The notes: a model not told the origin generated them from the letters alone. 64,000 nucleotides of DNA from Comamonadaceae bacterium (GCA_009996515.1 JAACZV010000007.1:10482-74481), one strand, 5' to 3'; numbered from the stretch's first letter, positions 10,228 to 23,860 are shown. Numbers and translations: made by a program.

Positions 10228-11493
10228 TCAGGCCGCCTCGGCCTCCGCCTGCGGGTCGGTGGCCTCCAGCTCGTAGCTGGCGGCCAGCATGGCCAGGCGG
10301 CCGATGACGCCGTACATGTAGAAGCGGTTGGGTGCGCTGGCGCCGGGCTTCTCGCCGGGGCGCGGCAGGTGCGGCGACTCGGCAAAGGCCAGCGGCACAT
10401 AGCTGGCACCGGGCGCGTTCAGGTTCTCGTCGATGCCGCGCTGGGCATGCACGCGATAGAAGCCGCCGACGACGTAGCGGTCCATGGTGTAGACCACCGG
10501 CTCGGCCACGGCCTCGTGCACGCGCTCATGCGTGGGCACGCCTTCCTGCACGATGACTTCCTGGCCCAGGTTCTCCGGCAGCGCGGCGGCCAGGCCCTCG
10601 ATGTCCTTGGCGTCGCGCACCGTCATGACGCCGCGGCCATAGCTGCCCACGTCGCTCTTGATGATGACGAAGGGCTTCTCGTTGATGCCGTATTCCTTGT
10701 ACTTGCGGCGCACCTTGGCGAGCTGGGTGTCGGCGGCCGTCTGCAGCGCCTCCAGGCCCTTGTGGCCACGCAGGTCCACGCCCTGGAACATGGGCGTGAT
10801 CAGCCAGGGGTCCATGCCCAGCAGCTTGCCGAAGCGCTTGGCCACCTCCTCGTAGGCGCGGAAATGCCGGCTCTTGCGCCGCACCGTCCAGCCGGCGTGC
10901 AGCGGCGGCAGCAGGTATTGCTCGTGCAGGCCCATCAGCTGCGGCGGCGTGCCGGCGGCGAGGTCGTTGTTGAGCAGGATGGTGCAGGGGTCGAAGCCCT
11001 TGAGCGTCAGGCGGCCGCGCTTGCGCACCAGCGGCTCGACGGTGATGCTGCCGCCGGTGGCGATCTTCAGCTCGGTAGGCTCTGTGACGGCCGCGTCCAG
11101 CGTGCCGAAGCGCACGTTCAGGCCGGCCTGGGTGAAGATGCGCGCCAGCGTGGCGAGGTTGTCCAGGTAGAAGCTGCAGTGCGCGCCGGTCTCGGGGATG
11201 ACCAGCAGGTTGCGCGCCTCGGGGCAGATCTTCTCGATGGCCGCCATGGCCGCCTGCACGGCCTGGGGCAGCATCTGCGGCGTCAGATGGTTGAAGCCGC
11301 CGGGGAAGAGGTTGGTGTCCACCGGTGCCAGCTTGAAGCCGGCATTGCGCAGGTCCACCGACGCGTAGAAGGTGGGCGTGTGCTCCATCCATTCCAGCCT
11401 GAACCAGCGCTCGGTCGCCGGCATGGACTCCAGGACGCGGGCCTCCAGCTCGTTGATGGGGCCGTTCAGGGCGGTGATCAGATGCGGAACCAT
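10228..11493 (-). CDS. gshA: Glutamate--cysteine ligase (betaproteobacterial GshA type)
   Basis: MVPHLITAL...SVDLRNAGFKLAPVDTNLFPGGFN, VQEGVPT, GGFYRVH, NLNAPG. Confidence 0.93.
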   Translation of the reverse strand: MVPHLITALNGPINELEARVLESMPATERWFRLEWMEHTPTFYASVDLRNAGFKLAPVDTNLFPGGFNHLTPQMLPQAVQAAMAAIEKICPEARNLLVIPETGAHCSFYLDNLATLARIFTQAGLNVRFGTLDAAVTEPTELKIATGGSITVEPLVRKRGRLTLKGFDPCTILLNNDLAAGTPPQLMGLHEQYLLPPLHAGWTVRRKSRHFRAYEEVAKRFGKLLGMDPWLITPMFQGVDLRGHKGLEALQTAADTQLAKVRRKYKEYGINEKPFVIIKSDVGSYGRGVMTVRDAKDIEGLAAALPENLGQEVIVQEGVPTHERVHEAVAEPVVYTMDRYVVGGFYRVHAQRGIDENLNAPGASYVPLAFAESPHLPRPGEKPGASAPNRFYMYGVIGRLAMLAASYELEATDPQAEAEAA

Positions 11494-11569
11494 GGGCGAA
11501 TGATGTCAGACTCGGCGGGCCGACCCACTTGGGGCCGGCATGCCGGATCACAAGCCACCCGCCGCCCAC

Positions 11570-11593
11570 AAAAAAGCCGCCCCGCGGGGCGGC
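11570..11593 (-). terminator. Rho-independent terminator after amtB
   Basis: Minus strand reads GCCGCCC-CGCG-GGGCGGC-TTTTTT, 21 bp downstream of the amtB stop. Confidence 0.8.
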
Positions 11594-11614
11594 CGGCAGC
11601 GCGTCTGCGCCCCG

Positions 11615-13138
11615 TCACTTGTGATAGGCCGTCTCGCCGTGGGCCGAGATGTCCAGGCCCTCGCGCTCCTCCTCCTCGGTGACGCGCAGGCCTATGGTCA
11701 TGTCGACCAGCTTGTAGGCCACCACCGAGACCACGCCCGACCAGACGATGGTCAGCAGCACGGCCTTGGCCTGCACCCAGACCTGCGAGGCGATGGAGTA
11801 GGCGTCCGGCGCGATGGCGGCGGCCGTGACCCAGTCGCCGACGGCGCTGGGGCCGCCCAGGTTGGGGCTGTTGAACACGCCGGTCAGCAGCGCACCGACG
11901 ATGCCGCCCACGCCGTGGACGCCGAAGACGTCCAGCGAGTCGTCCGCACCCAGCAGCTTCTTCAGGCCCGACACCCCCCACAGGCAGGCGAAGCCGGCGA
12001 CGATGCCGATGACCAGCGCGCCGCCAATGCCGACGTTGCCGGCGGCGGGCGTGATGGCCACGAGGCCGGCGACCGCGCCCGAGGCGGCACCCAGCATGGA
12101 GGCCTTGCCCTTCAGCAGCGCTTCACCCACGCTCCAGGCCAGCACGGCGGCGGCCGTGGCGGCAAAGGTGTTGATGAAGGCCAGCGCGGCGAAGCCGTTG
12201 GCTTCCAGCGCGGAGCCGGCGTTGAAACCGAACCAGCCCACCCACAGCAGCGAGGCGCCCACCATGGTCAGCGTCAGGCTGTGCGGCGTGAAGGCCTCCT
12301 TGCCGTAGCCGATGCGCTTGCCCACCATGTAGGCGCCCACCAGGCCGGCGACGGCGGCGTTGATGTGCACCACGGTGCCGCCGGCGAAGTCCAGCGCGCC
12401 CCACTGCCAGATCAGGCCGGCCTTGCTGTTCATCTCGTCGACGACGCCGGCGGCGGTGTAGGCATCCGGGCCCATCCAGAACCAGACCATGTGGGCGATG
12501 GGCAGGTAGCTGAACGTGAACCACAGCACCAGGAAGGCCAGCACGGCCGAGAACTTGATGCGCTCGGCGAAGGCGCCAATGATCAGGCAGGCCGTGATGC
12601 CGGCGAACGTGGCCTGGAAGGCGGCGAACACGATCTCGTACATGGGCACCCCCTTGCTGAAGGTGCCGCCCAGCGCGAAGGTCCCGGCGACGTTGTCCCA
12701 GATGCCCTTCATGAACAGCCGGTCCGTGCCGCCGATGAACTTGCCGCCCTCGGTGAACGCGAGGCTGTAGCCGTACAGGAACCACAGCACGACGATCAGC
12801 GAGAAGCCGACCATGACCTGCATCAGCACCGACAGCATGTTCTTGCTGCGCACCAGGCCGCCGTAGAACAGCGCCAGGCCGGGCACCGTCATCAGGATGA
12901 CCAGCAGCGTGGACAGCATCATCCAGGCGGTGTCGCCCTTGTTGGGCTGGGGCGCGGGGGCCGAGGCCGCCTCGGCAGGTGCCGAGGCTGCAGCGGCGGC
13001 GGGAGCGGAAGCCGCGTCGGCCGCCGCAGCCGCCGTGGTCACAGCCGCGGAGGCGGGCGCCGAGGCCGGGTCCTGGGCCCAGGCGGCCGGGGCGAGCAGG
13101 CCGGCGGCAAGGGCGAGGCCGGCAAGGAGTTTTTTCAT
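11615..13138 (-). CDS. amtB: Ammonium transporter
   Basis: Signal peptide and Ala/Pro linker, then GDTAWMM, GLALFYGG, DFAGGTVVH, WVGWFGFNAGS, DDSLDVFGVHG. Confidence 0.96.
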   Translation of the reverse strand: MKKLLAGLALAAGLLAPAAWAQDPASAPASAAVTTAAAAADAASAPAAAAASAPAEAASAPAPQPNKGDTAWMMLSTLLVILMTVPGLALFYGGLVRSKNMLSVLMQVMVGFSLIVVLWFLYGYSLAFTEGGKFIGGTDRLFMKGIWDNVAGTFALGGTFSKGVPMYEIVFAAFQATFAGITACLIIGAFAERIKFSAVLAFLVLWFTFSYLPIAHMVWFWMGPDAYTAAGVVDEMNSKAGLIWQWGALDFAGGTVVHINAAVAGLVGAYMVGKRIGYGKEAFTPHSLTLTMVGASLLWVGWFGFNAGSALEANGFAALAFINTFAATAAAVLAWSVGEALLKGKASMLGAASGAVAGLVAITPAAGNVGIGGALVIGIVAGFACLWGVSGLKKLLGADDSLDVFGVHGVGGIVGALLTGVFNSPNLGGPSAVGDWVTAAAIAPDAYSIASQVWVQAKAVLLTIVWSGVVSVVAYKLVDMTIGLRVTEEEEREGLDISAHGETAYHK

Positions 13139-13170
13139 TTGAGGTTTCTCCAAACGGGGTTGTGGACGCG

Positions 13171-14249
<1,079 letters not shown>

Positions 14250-14296
14250 GGCGGGCTCCTAATCAACAAGGTGGGGAAGGCAGTCACGGGGGGCTT

Positions 14297-14313
14297 TGCA
14301 GCTTCCGTGCCAA
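14297..14313 (-). promoter_or_regulatory. Sigma54 (-24/-12) promoter for torF-glnK-amtB
   Basis: Minus strand TTGGCACGGAAGCTGCA = GG-N10-GC with the TGGCACG consensus, 47 bp upstream of the torF ATG. Confidence 0.8.
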
Positions 14314-14416
14314 GCGTCACACCCGGGCGTTGCACCCGGGCCGGCCGCACGAATCTGGGCCGCCGCGGCCCGTCATGCGGGCGCCTGCACCAAGCTGGGA
14401 TGGCCAGGCGGCCGAA

Positions 14417-14433
14417 TTGCACCTCGGCAGTGC
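14417..14433. promoter_or_regulatory. NtrC-type enhancer site
   Basis: TGCACC-TCGGC-AGTGCA is one mismatch from TGCACC-N5-GGTGCA and lies about 105-120 bp upstream of the sigma54 site. An extra TGCACCA half-site is at 14386. Confidence 0.7.
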
Positions 14434-14512
14434 ATCCGGGAAAAAGCACCGAGCGCCGGCCGCGGGCGCGGGGCTAGACTGCCCCGCGCCGCCCGCCGCC
14501 CCGCCCACCTCG

Positions 14513-16036
14513 ATGAGTCTCGCCACCGTCCACAGCCGCGCCCTCGACGGCCTAGCCGCCGCACCGGTGACGGTGGAGGTGCACCTGGCCAATGGGCTGC
14601 CCAGCTTCACCGTCGTGGGCCTGGCGGACACCGAAGTCAAGGAGGCGCGCGAACGCGTGCGCGCCGCGCTGCAGAGCGCGGGCCTGTCTTTTCCCGCCAA
14701 CAAGCGCATCACCGTCAACCTGGCGCCGGCCGACCTGCCCAAGGAGGGCGGCCGCTTCGACCTGCCCATGGCCCTGGGCCTGCTGGCCGCCAACGGCCAG
14801 ATCGACGCCGCCGCACTGGCCCGCTTCGAATGCGCGGGCGAGCTGTCGCTGGCCGGCGAACTGCGCCCGGTGCGCGGCGCGCTGGCCATGGCGCTGGCGC
14901 TGCGCCAGGCCGGCTGCGACCGCGAGCTGCTGCTGCCCGAGGCCAGCGCCGCGGAGGCCGCGCTGGTGGACGGCCTCACGGTGCGCCAGGCCCGGCATCT
15001 GCTGGACGTCGTCGCGGCGCTGCAGCCCCAGGGCGAGGCCCTGCCCCGCGCGGCGGCCCTGCCACGCGCGCACCCCAACGACCCGTCCGATCTCGCCGAC
15101 ATCAAAGGCCAGGCGGCGCCGAAGCGCGCGCTGGAGATCGCCGCCGCGGGTGGCCACAGCCTGCTGATGGTGGGCCCGCCGGGCACGGGCAAGTCCATGC
15201 TGGCGCAGCGCCTGCCGGGCCTGCTGCCGCCGCTGGACGACGCGGCCGCGCTGGAGTCCGCCGCCGTGCTCAGCCTGGCCGGCCAGTTCGACGTCGCGCG
15301 CTGGGGGCAGCGGCCTTTTCGCGCCCCCCATCACTCGGCGTCCAGCGTGGCCCTGGTGGGCGGCGGCTCGCCGCCCCGGCCGGGCGAGATCTCACTGGCC
15401 CAGCATGGCGTGCTGTTCATGGATGAGCTGCCCGAGTTTCCGCGCGCCGCGCTGGAGGCGCTGCGCGAGCCGCTGGAGAGCGGCCGCATCCTGATCTCGA
15501 GGGCGGCGCGCCAGGCCGAGTTCCCGGCGCGCTTCCAGCTCGTCGCCGCCATGAACCCCTGCCCCTGCGGCCAGCTGGGCAACCCGCTGAAGGCCTGCCG
15601 CTGCACGCCGGACCAGGTGGCGCGCTACCAGGGCCGCCTGAGCGGGCCATTTCTTGACCGGCTGGACCTGCTCATCGAGGTGCCCGTCATCCCGCCGCGC
15701 GAGCTGCAGGACATGGCACCGGGCGAACCCAGCGCCGTCGTCGCGGAGCGCGTCGCGGCGGCCCGCCAGCGCGCCACGGACCGCCAGGGCGTCGCCAACG
15801 CACAGCTGCAGGCCCAGGATCTCGCCACCCACGCCGTGCCTGAGCCACCGGCCAAGGCGCTGCTGGAACGCTCGGCCGAGAAGTTAGGATGGTCGGCTCG
15901 CAGCTTCCACCGCGTGCTGCGCGTGGCCCGCACCATCGCCGACCTGGCGGGCACCGGCCAGATCGGCAGCGCCCATGTCGCCGAGGCCGTACAGCTCAGG
16001 CGCGGCTTGCCCGGGGCCATGGGCACGTCCCCGTGA
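14513..16036 (+). CDS. comM: YifB/ComM family Mg-chelatase-like AAA+ ATPase
   Basis: MSLATVHSRAL, ITVNLAPADLPKEGGRFDLP, GPPGTGKS (Walker A), GVLFMDELPEF, AAMNPCPCG. Confidence 0.95.
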   Translation: MSLATVHSRALDGLAAAPVTVEVHLANGLPSFTVVGLADTEVKEARERVRAALQSAGLSFPANKRITVNLAPADLPKEGGRFDLPMALGLLAANGQIDAAALARFECAGELSLAGELRPVRGALAMALALRQAGCDRELLLPEASAAEAALVDGLTVRQARHLLDVVAALQPQGEALPRAAALPRAHPNDPSDLADIKGQAAPKRALEIAAAGGHSLLMVGPPGTGKSMLAQRLPGLLPPLDDAAALESAAVLSLAGQFDVARWGQRPFRAPHHSASSVALVGGGSPPRPGEISLAQHGVLFMDELPEFPRAALEALREPLESGRILISRAARQAEFPARFQLVAAMNPCPCGQLGNPLKACRCTPDQVARYQGRLSGPFLDRLDLLIEVPVIPPRELQDMAPGEPSAVVAERVAAARQRATDRQGVANAQLQAQDLATHAVPEPPAKALLERSAEKLGWSARSFHRVLRVARTIADLAGTGQIGSAHVAEAVQLRRGLPGAMGTSP

Positions 16037-16088
16037 ACTTCCTCCCGCCATCGCCTTGGCGACTTCCACTCCACCCCTCACGACCGAC

Positions 16089-16913
16089 ATGTCCAACACC
16101 TCGCCCGCACGTCCCGACGTTTCCCATGCCCAGGAGCTGAAATCGGGCGATCGCTATGAATTCGGCGCCAACTGGGCGCGCTTCCTGCGGACGCTGGACG
16201 AGGAAAAGATCCGCGGCGCGGAGGAAAGCCTGAAGAAGATGCTGGGGATCTCCGACCTGGCCGGCAAGACTTTTCTCGACATCGGCAGCGGCAGCGGCCT
16301 GTTCTCGCTGGCGGCGCGGCGCCTGGGCGCGGTCGTGACGTCTTTCGATTACGACCCGCAGTCGGTGGCCTGCACGCAGGCGTTGAAGAACCGCTACTTC
16401 AACGATGACGCGAACTGGCGCGTCCAGACGGGCTCGGCGCTGGACGCCGACTACCTCACCGGCCTGGGCAAGTTCGACATCGTCTATTCATGGGGCGTGC
16501 TCCACCACACCGGCGATATGTGGCAGGCGCTGGAGAACGCGATGCTGCCGGTGCGCGAGCAGGGCCGACTGTTCATCGCGCTGTACAACTACCAGCCCTT
16601 TGCCAGCCGCTACTGGACCTGGATCAAGCGCACCTACAACAAGCTGAAGTTCACGCGCCCGCTGATCTTCGCGATCCACGCCATCTATCCCACGCTGCCC
16701 AGCGTGTTGCTTAAACTAGCGCGTGGCCAGAAATATGACCGGGGCATGAACCCCTGGCACGACCTGCACGACTGGCTGGGCGGGTACCCCTTCGAGGTAT
16801 CGAGCCCCGAGCAGATTTTCGACTTCTACAAGCAGCGCGGCTTCCGGCTCGAAAAGCTCCGCACCGTGGGCGGCCGCATGGGCTGCAATGAATTTGTCTT
16901 CGATAGAACCTGA
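16089..16913 (+). CDS. Class I SAM-dependent methyltransferase
   Basis: FLDIGSGSGLFS (motif I) and FDIVYSWGVLHHTG; lower GC than the flanks. Confidence 0.88.
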   Translation: MSNTSPARPDVSHAQELKSGDRYEFGANWARFLRTLDEEKIRGAEESLKKMLGISDLAGKTFLDIGSGSGLFSLAARRLGAVVTSFDYDPQSVACTQALKNRYFNDDANWRVQTGSALDADYLTGLGKFDIVYSWGVLHHTGDMWQALENAMLPVREQGRLFIALYNYQPFASRYWTWIKRTYNKLKFTRPLIFAIHAIYPTLPSVLLKLARGQKYDRGMNPWHDLHDWLGGYPFEVSSPEQIFDFYKQRGFRLEKLRTVGGRMGCNEFVFDRT

Positions 16914-17946
16914 CCCGTCCGCCCCCTCCAACCCGCTGAGAGTTGCCGCCTTCACCGGCGGAGACAACGTCCCGGGCGCCCGCTTCCGGATCAGGCAGCA
17001 TATTCCCGCGCTGAGGGATCTCGGCGTCGACCTGACCGAGTTCGCCGCGCCGCTGGGCAGCTATCCGCCGCGCAGCCGGTTGGCCCGCCCGCTGTGGGGC
17101 GTGGCCACGCTGGCCGCCCGGCTGCCGGGCATCGTGCGCTCGCACGGCTTCGACGTGACCTGGCTGCAGCGGGAGATGCTGTCCAAGTACGTGACGCTGG
17201 AGCCGCTGACGCGCGCGCCACGCGTGCTGGACGTGGATGACGCGATCTGGCTCAACCGGCCGGGCCGCTTCGCGCCCAGACTCGCACGCCTGTGCGCCGG
17301 CGTCATCTGCGGCAACAGCTACCTGGCCGAGAACTTCGAGCGCTGGAACCCCAACATCGCCATCGTCCCGACGGCGGTGGACACCCGGCGCTTCACCCCG
17401 GCGCCCCCCAGCGAAGAACTCGTCATCGGCTGGTCGGGCACCAGCGGCGGCTATGAGTACTTCCGCCCCATCGAGACGGCCTTCGCCACCGTGCTGCAGC
17501 GCTTCCCGCAGGCCCGCCTGCGCATCGTCTCCGACCGCCCGCCCGCGTTCACGCGCATTGCCCCGGAACGCGTCGAGTACATCCGCTGGTCGCCCGACAA
17601 CGAGGTCAGCGCCATCCAGGGCATGACGGTAGGCATCATGCCCTTGCTGGACAGCCCCTGGGCCCGCGGCAAGTGCAGTTTCAAGATGCTGACCTACATG
17701 GCCTGCGGCATTCCGGTCGTCGCCACGCCGGTGGGCATGAACGCCGACGTGCTGGCGGCCGGCGATTGCGGCCTGGGAGCGCGCAGCGTGGACGACTGGG
17801 TGGACGCGCTGACGACGCTGCTGCAAGACCACAGCCTGGCCCGGACTTACGGGCGCACCGGCCGGCAGATCATCGTCGAGCGCTATTCGGCCGAGGTCGT
17901 GGCGCCCGCTCTCAAGCAGGCACTCACGCGCTTCGCCGGCCGCTGA
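16888..17946 (+). CDS. Glycosyltransferase family 4 protein
   Basis: GT-B motifs DVDDAIW, IGWSGT and GKCSFKMLTYMACGIPVVATPVG. Start uncertain; overlaps the methyltransferase end. Confidence 0.88.
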   Translation: MNLSSIEPDPSAPSNPLRVAAFTGGDNVPGARFRIRQHIPALRDLGVDLTEFAAPLGSYPPRSRLARPLWGVATLAARLPGIVRSHGFDVTWLQREMLSKYVTLEPLTRAPRVLDVDDAIWLNRPGRFAPRLARLCAGVICGNSYLAENFERWNPNIAIVPTAVDTRRFTPAPPSEELVIGWSGTSGGYEYFRPIETAFATVLQRFPQARLRIVSDRPPAFTRIAPERVEYIRWSPDNEVSAIQGMTVGIMPLLDSPWARGKCSFKMLTYMACGIPVVATPVGMNADVLAAGDCGLGARSVDDWVDALTTLLQDHSLARTYGRTGRQIIVERYSAEVVAPALKQALTRFAGR

Positions 17947-17976
17947 GGCTCATGCCGCCACGTGGGCGGCACCTCG

Positions 17977-18600
17977 TCAGCGGCGCTCGAACCCGCTCTG
18001 GGTCAGACGCACCTCGTCGCCCACGCGCAGGCCCGGGTCGGCGCTGCGTTCGAAGCGGCGCACGCGGCCATCGCGTTCCTCGATCTTGACGACCCAGACG
18101 GTGCGGCTCTTCTGGTTCTTCTCGATCTCGTTGCCGGCATAGCCGCCGGCCACGGCACCGCCCACGGTCGCCAGCTTGCGGCCGTTGCCGCCGCCGATCA
18201 TGTTGCCCAGCAGGCCGCCCACGACGGCGCCGCCCACGGCGCCGACGCCGCTGCCCTGGCCCTGACGGGTCTCGGCATGCACGGCGACCACGCGGCCGCA
18301 GTCATGGCACAGCGCCGCCGGCTGCGGCTCGCGCTCGACGGCCGGTGCGGCCTCGCGGCCCGTGTCGGCGCGCGCCAGCTGCACGGGCTTGCGCACCTCG
18401 TCGGCGCGCGGCAGGACTTCCTCGCGACGCGCGTCCGGCTGTGCCGGCTTCTGCGACGCCTCGGCCACCAGCGGCGCGGCGGGCGGCTCGCCGCTGACGC
18501 CTTGCGAACGCCCCACTGCATAGGCGCCGCCGAGCAATGCCAGCACGACGGCGACGCCGGCGACGATCTGGGTGGACTTGACGGGGGTGGGGGTCGACAT
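17977..18600 (-). CDS. Glycine zipper 2TM domain protein
   Basis: N-terminal TM helix; GVGAVGGAVVGGLLGNMIGGGNGRKLATVGGAVAGGYAGNEIEK zipper. Confidence 0.88.
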   Translation of the reverse strand: MSTPTPVKSTQIVAGVAVVLALLGGAYAVGRSQGVSGEPPAAPLVAEASQKPAQPDARREEVLPRADEVRKPVQLARADTGREAAPAVEREPQPAALCHDCGRVVAVHAETRQGQGSGVGAVGGAVVGGLLGNMIGGGNGRKLATVGGAVAGGYAGNEIEKNQKSRTVWVVKIEERDGRVRRFERSADPGLRVGDEVRLTQSGFERR

Positions 18601-18710
18601 GGGGCCTCCGATGTGATGGGTGATGGTGACAGCATGCCCGTCACCGCGGCCCGCCCTTGTAGGACGCAACCGCGGACTACGCGCCGGCAATGTAAGCAGA
18701 TGCTGCGCGC

Positions 18711-21419
<2,709 letters not shown>

Positions 21420-21443
21420 CGATGGCGTCTCGCGCAGGGGATC

Positions 21444-21507
21444 GATGAGCGCCGTTGGGAAACGATCCGAGCCTGGGGGCATCCAAACCCTCGCAGCGCT
21501 CCTCGGA
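21444..21507 (-). ncRNA. SAH riboswitch
   Basis: Minus strand TCCGAGGAGCGCTGCGAGGGTTTGGATGCCCCCAGGCTCGGATCGTTTCCCAACGGCGCTCATC matches the remembered SAH-riboswitch pattern (GAGGAGCGCTGC...CCAGGCTC...AACGGCGCTC). P1 is CCGAG/CTCGG and the pseudoknot is GAGCGC/GCGCTC. It ends 24 nt before the metH ATG. Confidence 0.88.
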
Positions 21508-21670
21508 TGAGGCCGGAATTCTACGCAGCCCCTCCTTCGCCGGCATGCAAGCCTGGCTTGTGCGCATGCTCGGCCCCGAACTGCACGACGCGCTGCAAGC
21601 CATGGCAAGGGGCGGCCCGCAGGCCGCCCCGGTCGCGCAGCGCCGACGCGGACGCCGACGCCGCACACAC

Positions 21671-22396
21671 TCACCGCCTCGCCGAGCCGTTGGCCGAGGC
21701 GTCCAGGGCGACGCCGTTGTCGGCACGCGCGGCCTTGGCCGAGGCGCCGCCGGTGGCGTGGGCGCCGGTGTCTTTGCCGCCGACGGCCTGCGGCGCCGGC
21801 TGCTCGGGCGCAGCGGCCGGGGCCGCCGGCTTGGCGGGCGTGGTGGCCGCCGGCGCAGCCGGCGTGTCGCCCCGCTTCAGCGCGCCGTTCAAGCCGCCGC
21901 TGCCCTGGCCGGCCAGGGCGCCGCCGCCTGCCGTGCCGTTCAACGCGCCGCCGCCGTCGGCACCGCCGCTGGCATTGCCGGCACTCGAGGCCAGCGAGTC
22001 CTTGGCCTCCTGGCCGGCGCTCTTCAGCATGCCCGCCTGGCCGGTCGCCGTCGACTTCACGTCGGCCGCGCCTCCCTTGGCCGCCTCGGCCTGGCCTCGG
22101 GCGGCGGCCTTCGCATCGCCGACCTTGCCGGTGGCGGCATCCTGGACGCCGACGACGGCGCCCTGGGCGCGGTCCAGCGCGCCCAGGGCCCGCGAACCAT
22201 CGGCCGAGCCCCCGGCACGGCCGCTGGCCTTGCCACCCAGCTCCAGCTGGCGGGGCTGCAGCGCGCCGTTCAGGCCGCCGCTCAGCCCGCCGCCACCACC
22301 GCCGAGCAGGCCGGCGTGGGCGTTGGAGGCGATGAGGCCGGCGGCCATGGCGAGGGTGCCCAGCTGCGTGCGGAGGGTGAGGCGGGTTGCAAACAT
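21671..22396 (-). CDS. Secreted Gly/Ala-rich low-complexity protein
   Basis: 241-aa ORF with a signal peptide (ASNAHA/G), repeated [15 protein letters not shown] units and a PAAPAA linker; an upstream ECF-type promoter supports expression. Confidence 0.75.
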   Translation of the reverse strand: MFATRLTLRTQLGTLAMAAGLIASNAHAGLLGGGGGGLSGGLNGALQPRQLELGGKASGRAGGSADGSRALGALDRAQGAVVGVQDAATGKVGDAKAAARGQAEAAKGGAADVKSTATGQAGMLKSAGQEAKDSLASSAGNASGGADGGGALNGTAGGGALAGQGSGGLNGALKRGDTPAAPAATTPAKPAAPAAAPEQPAPQAVGGKDTGAHATGGASAKAARADNGVALDASANGSARR

Positions 22397-22453
22397 GAGG
22401 GATCTCCGTGGGTCGGTTCGGAAGAGCCAGCCATTCCGGCCCTTTCACCGATC

Positions 22454-22481
22454 ACAACGACGCGCGGGGAGATTTCCGTCC
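22454..22481 (-). promoter_or_regulatory. Candidate ECF-sigma promoter for the Gly/Ala-rich gene
   Basis: Minus strand GGACGGAAAT-ctccccgcgcgt-CGTTGT; same spacing and near-identical boxes as the site at 23861. Confidence 0.65.
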
Positions 22482-22536
22482 CGACCGAGGTGTAACAAGC
22501 TGCGCCAAGGGCTGGTCCGCACGCCGGCCGCCGGCC

Positions 22537-23820
22537 TCAACGGGCCTGGCGCGCCTGCAGGCGCTCGGGCAGCACCCGCAGGTCCTCGGCCACCAGGCCG
22601 CGGCCGTAGACGGGGTCGCGGCCCGACGCGCCCAGGTCCACGGCGCCGGATGCCAGCCGCTCGACGGCGGCGGCCGCCGCCGCCACGTCCGGCTCGCGCA
22701 GCTCGGCGGCCAGCAGGCCGGCCACCAGCGGCGCCGCGAACGAGGTGCCGCGCGCGATGGCGTAGCCGCCACCGCTGCGCGCCACCGCCATGTCGGACCC
22801 GGGGGCCGACCACATCACCTGCGGCCCCTGCGCCGCCTCCGGCAGCACGCGGCGCGACGGCGTCACGCCGGTCACACCCACGACGCCGGCATAGGACGCC
22901 GGGTACAGCGGCGGTGCGGCCGGGCCGTCGTTGCCGACCGCCGCCACCAGCAGATGGCCGCGCCCGACCAGCGCCGCGACGCCCTGCTCCAGCAGCCGGT
23001 TCGACGGGCCCACCAGGCTGACGTTGATGACGGCCACGCGTTCGCGCGCCAGCCAGGCCAGCGCGCGCACGACCTCCTCGGCCGAGCCGCCATCGGGCCG
23101 GTCGCAGTACACGTCGGCGGCGAACAGCTCGGCCTTCACGGCCGCGCCGGCAAAGCCACGGTCGCTGCCGACCAGCAGCGACGCGACAGCCGTGCCATGC
23201 TCGCTGGGCACGGCGCTACCGCCGCAGCCGAAGCTGGCGCCGCCGGCATTGCGCAGCGCCGCATGGCGGCGGTCCACGCCGCCGTCGATGAGGCCCACGC
23301 GCAGCGCGCCGCGCCTGGGGGCGGCCGCCGGCCCGGCAAGCGCCGCCACCTCGCCGCTGCGCGCATAGAGATGGTTGAAGTCGGCCTGCAGCCCCGGCTG
23401 GGCGGCGCGCAGCTTGTCCAGCGCCTCCGCCGTGTCCAGGCCCGGCGGCACGCGCAGCACGACCGCGCGCAGCGCCAGCTCGGGCCAGGCCTCCTCGCGC
23501 AGCGGCGCCAGGCCCAGGGCCGCCGCCGCGGCCAGCGCGGCCTCGCTCGGCGCCAGCAGCACCAGCTCGCGCCGGCGGATCGGCTCGCCGCGCGGGTCGG
23601 CCTCGATGAGGTCCGGGTGGCGGCCCAGCAGCTCGCGCAAGCGCGCCAGGCGCGAGTCCAGCCCCTGGGTGGACGCCGACAGCAGCTCGGGCAGGGGTGG
23701 CACGGCGCGGTCGACCAGGCCCGGCAGGCGCGACACGCCCGGCAGTTGCGGCAGGCGCAGCTGGGCCTGGGCCGGCAGGGCGAAAGCGGCGCTCAGGGAC
23801 AGGGCAAGCAGGGATTTCAT
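22537..23820 (-). CDS. S8 family serine peptidase (subtilase), exported
   Basis: Signal peptide; catalytic D (VGLIDGGVD), H (EHGTAVASLL) and S (GTSFAAP); oxyanion N (AAVGNDG). Confidence 0.92.
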   Translation of the reverse strand: MKSLLALSLSAAFALPAQAQLRLPQLPGVSRLPGLVDRAVPPLPELLSASTQGLDSRLARLRELLGRHPDLIEADPRGEPIRRRELVLLAPSEAALAAAAALGLAPLREEAWPELALRAVVLRVPPGLDTAEALDKLRAAQPGLQADFNHLYARSGEVAALAGPAAAPRRGALRVGLIDGGVDRRHAALRNAGGASFGCGGSAVPSEHGTAVASLLVGSDRGFAGAAVKAELFAADVYCDRPDGGSAEEVVRALAWLARERVAVINVSLVGPSNRLLEQGVAALVGRGHLLVAAVGNDGPAAPPLYPASYAGVVGVTGVTPSRRVLPEAAQGPQVMWSAPGSDMAVARSGGGYAIARGTSFAAPLVAGLLAAELREPDVAAAAAAVERLASGAVDLGASGRDPVYGRGLVAEDLRVLPERLQARQAR

Positions 23821-23860
23821 GGCGCGCGGCGACGTCGAGTGAGGATAACGAGCGCGGGGC

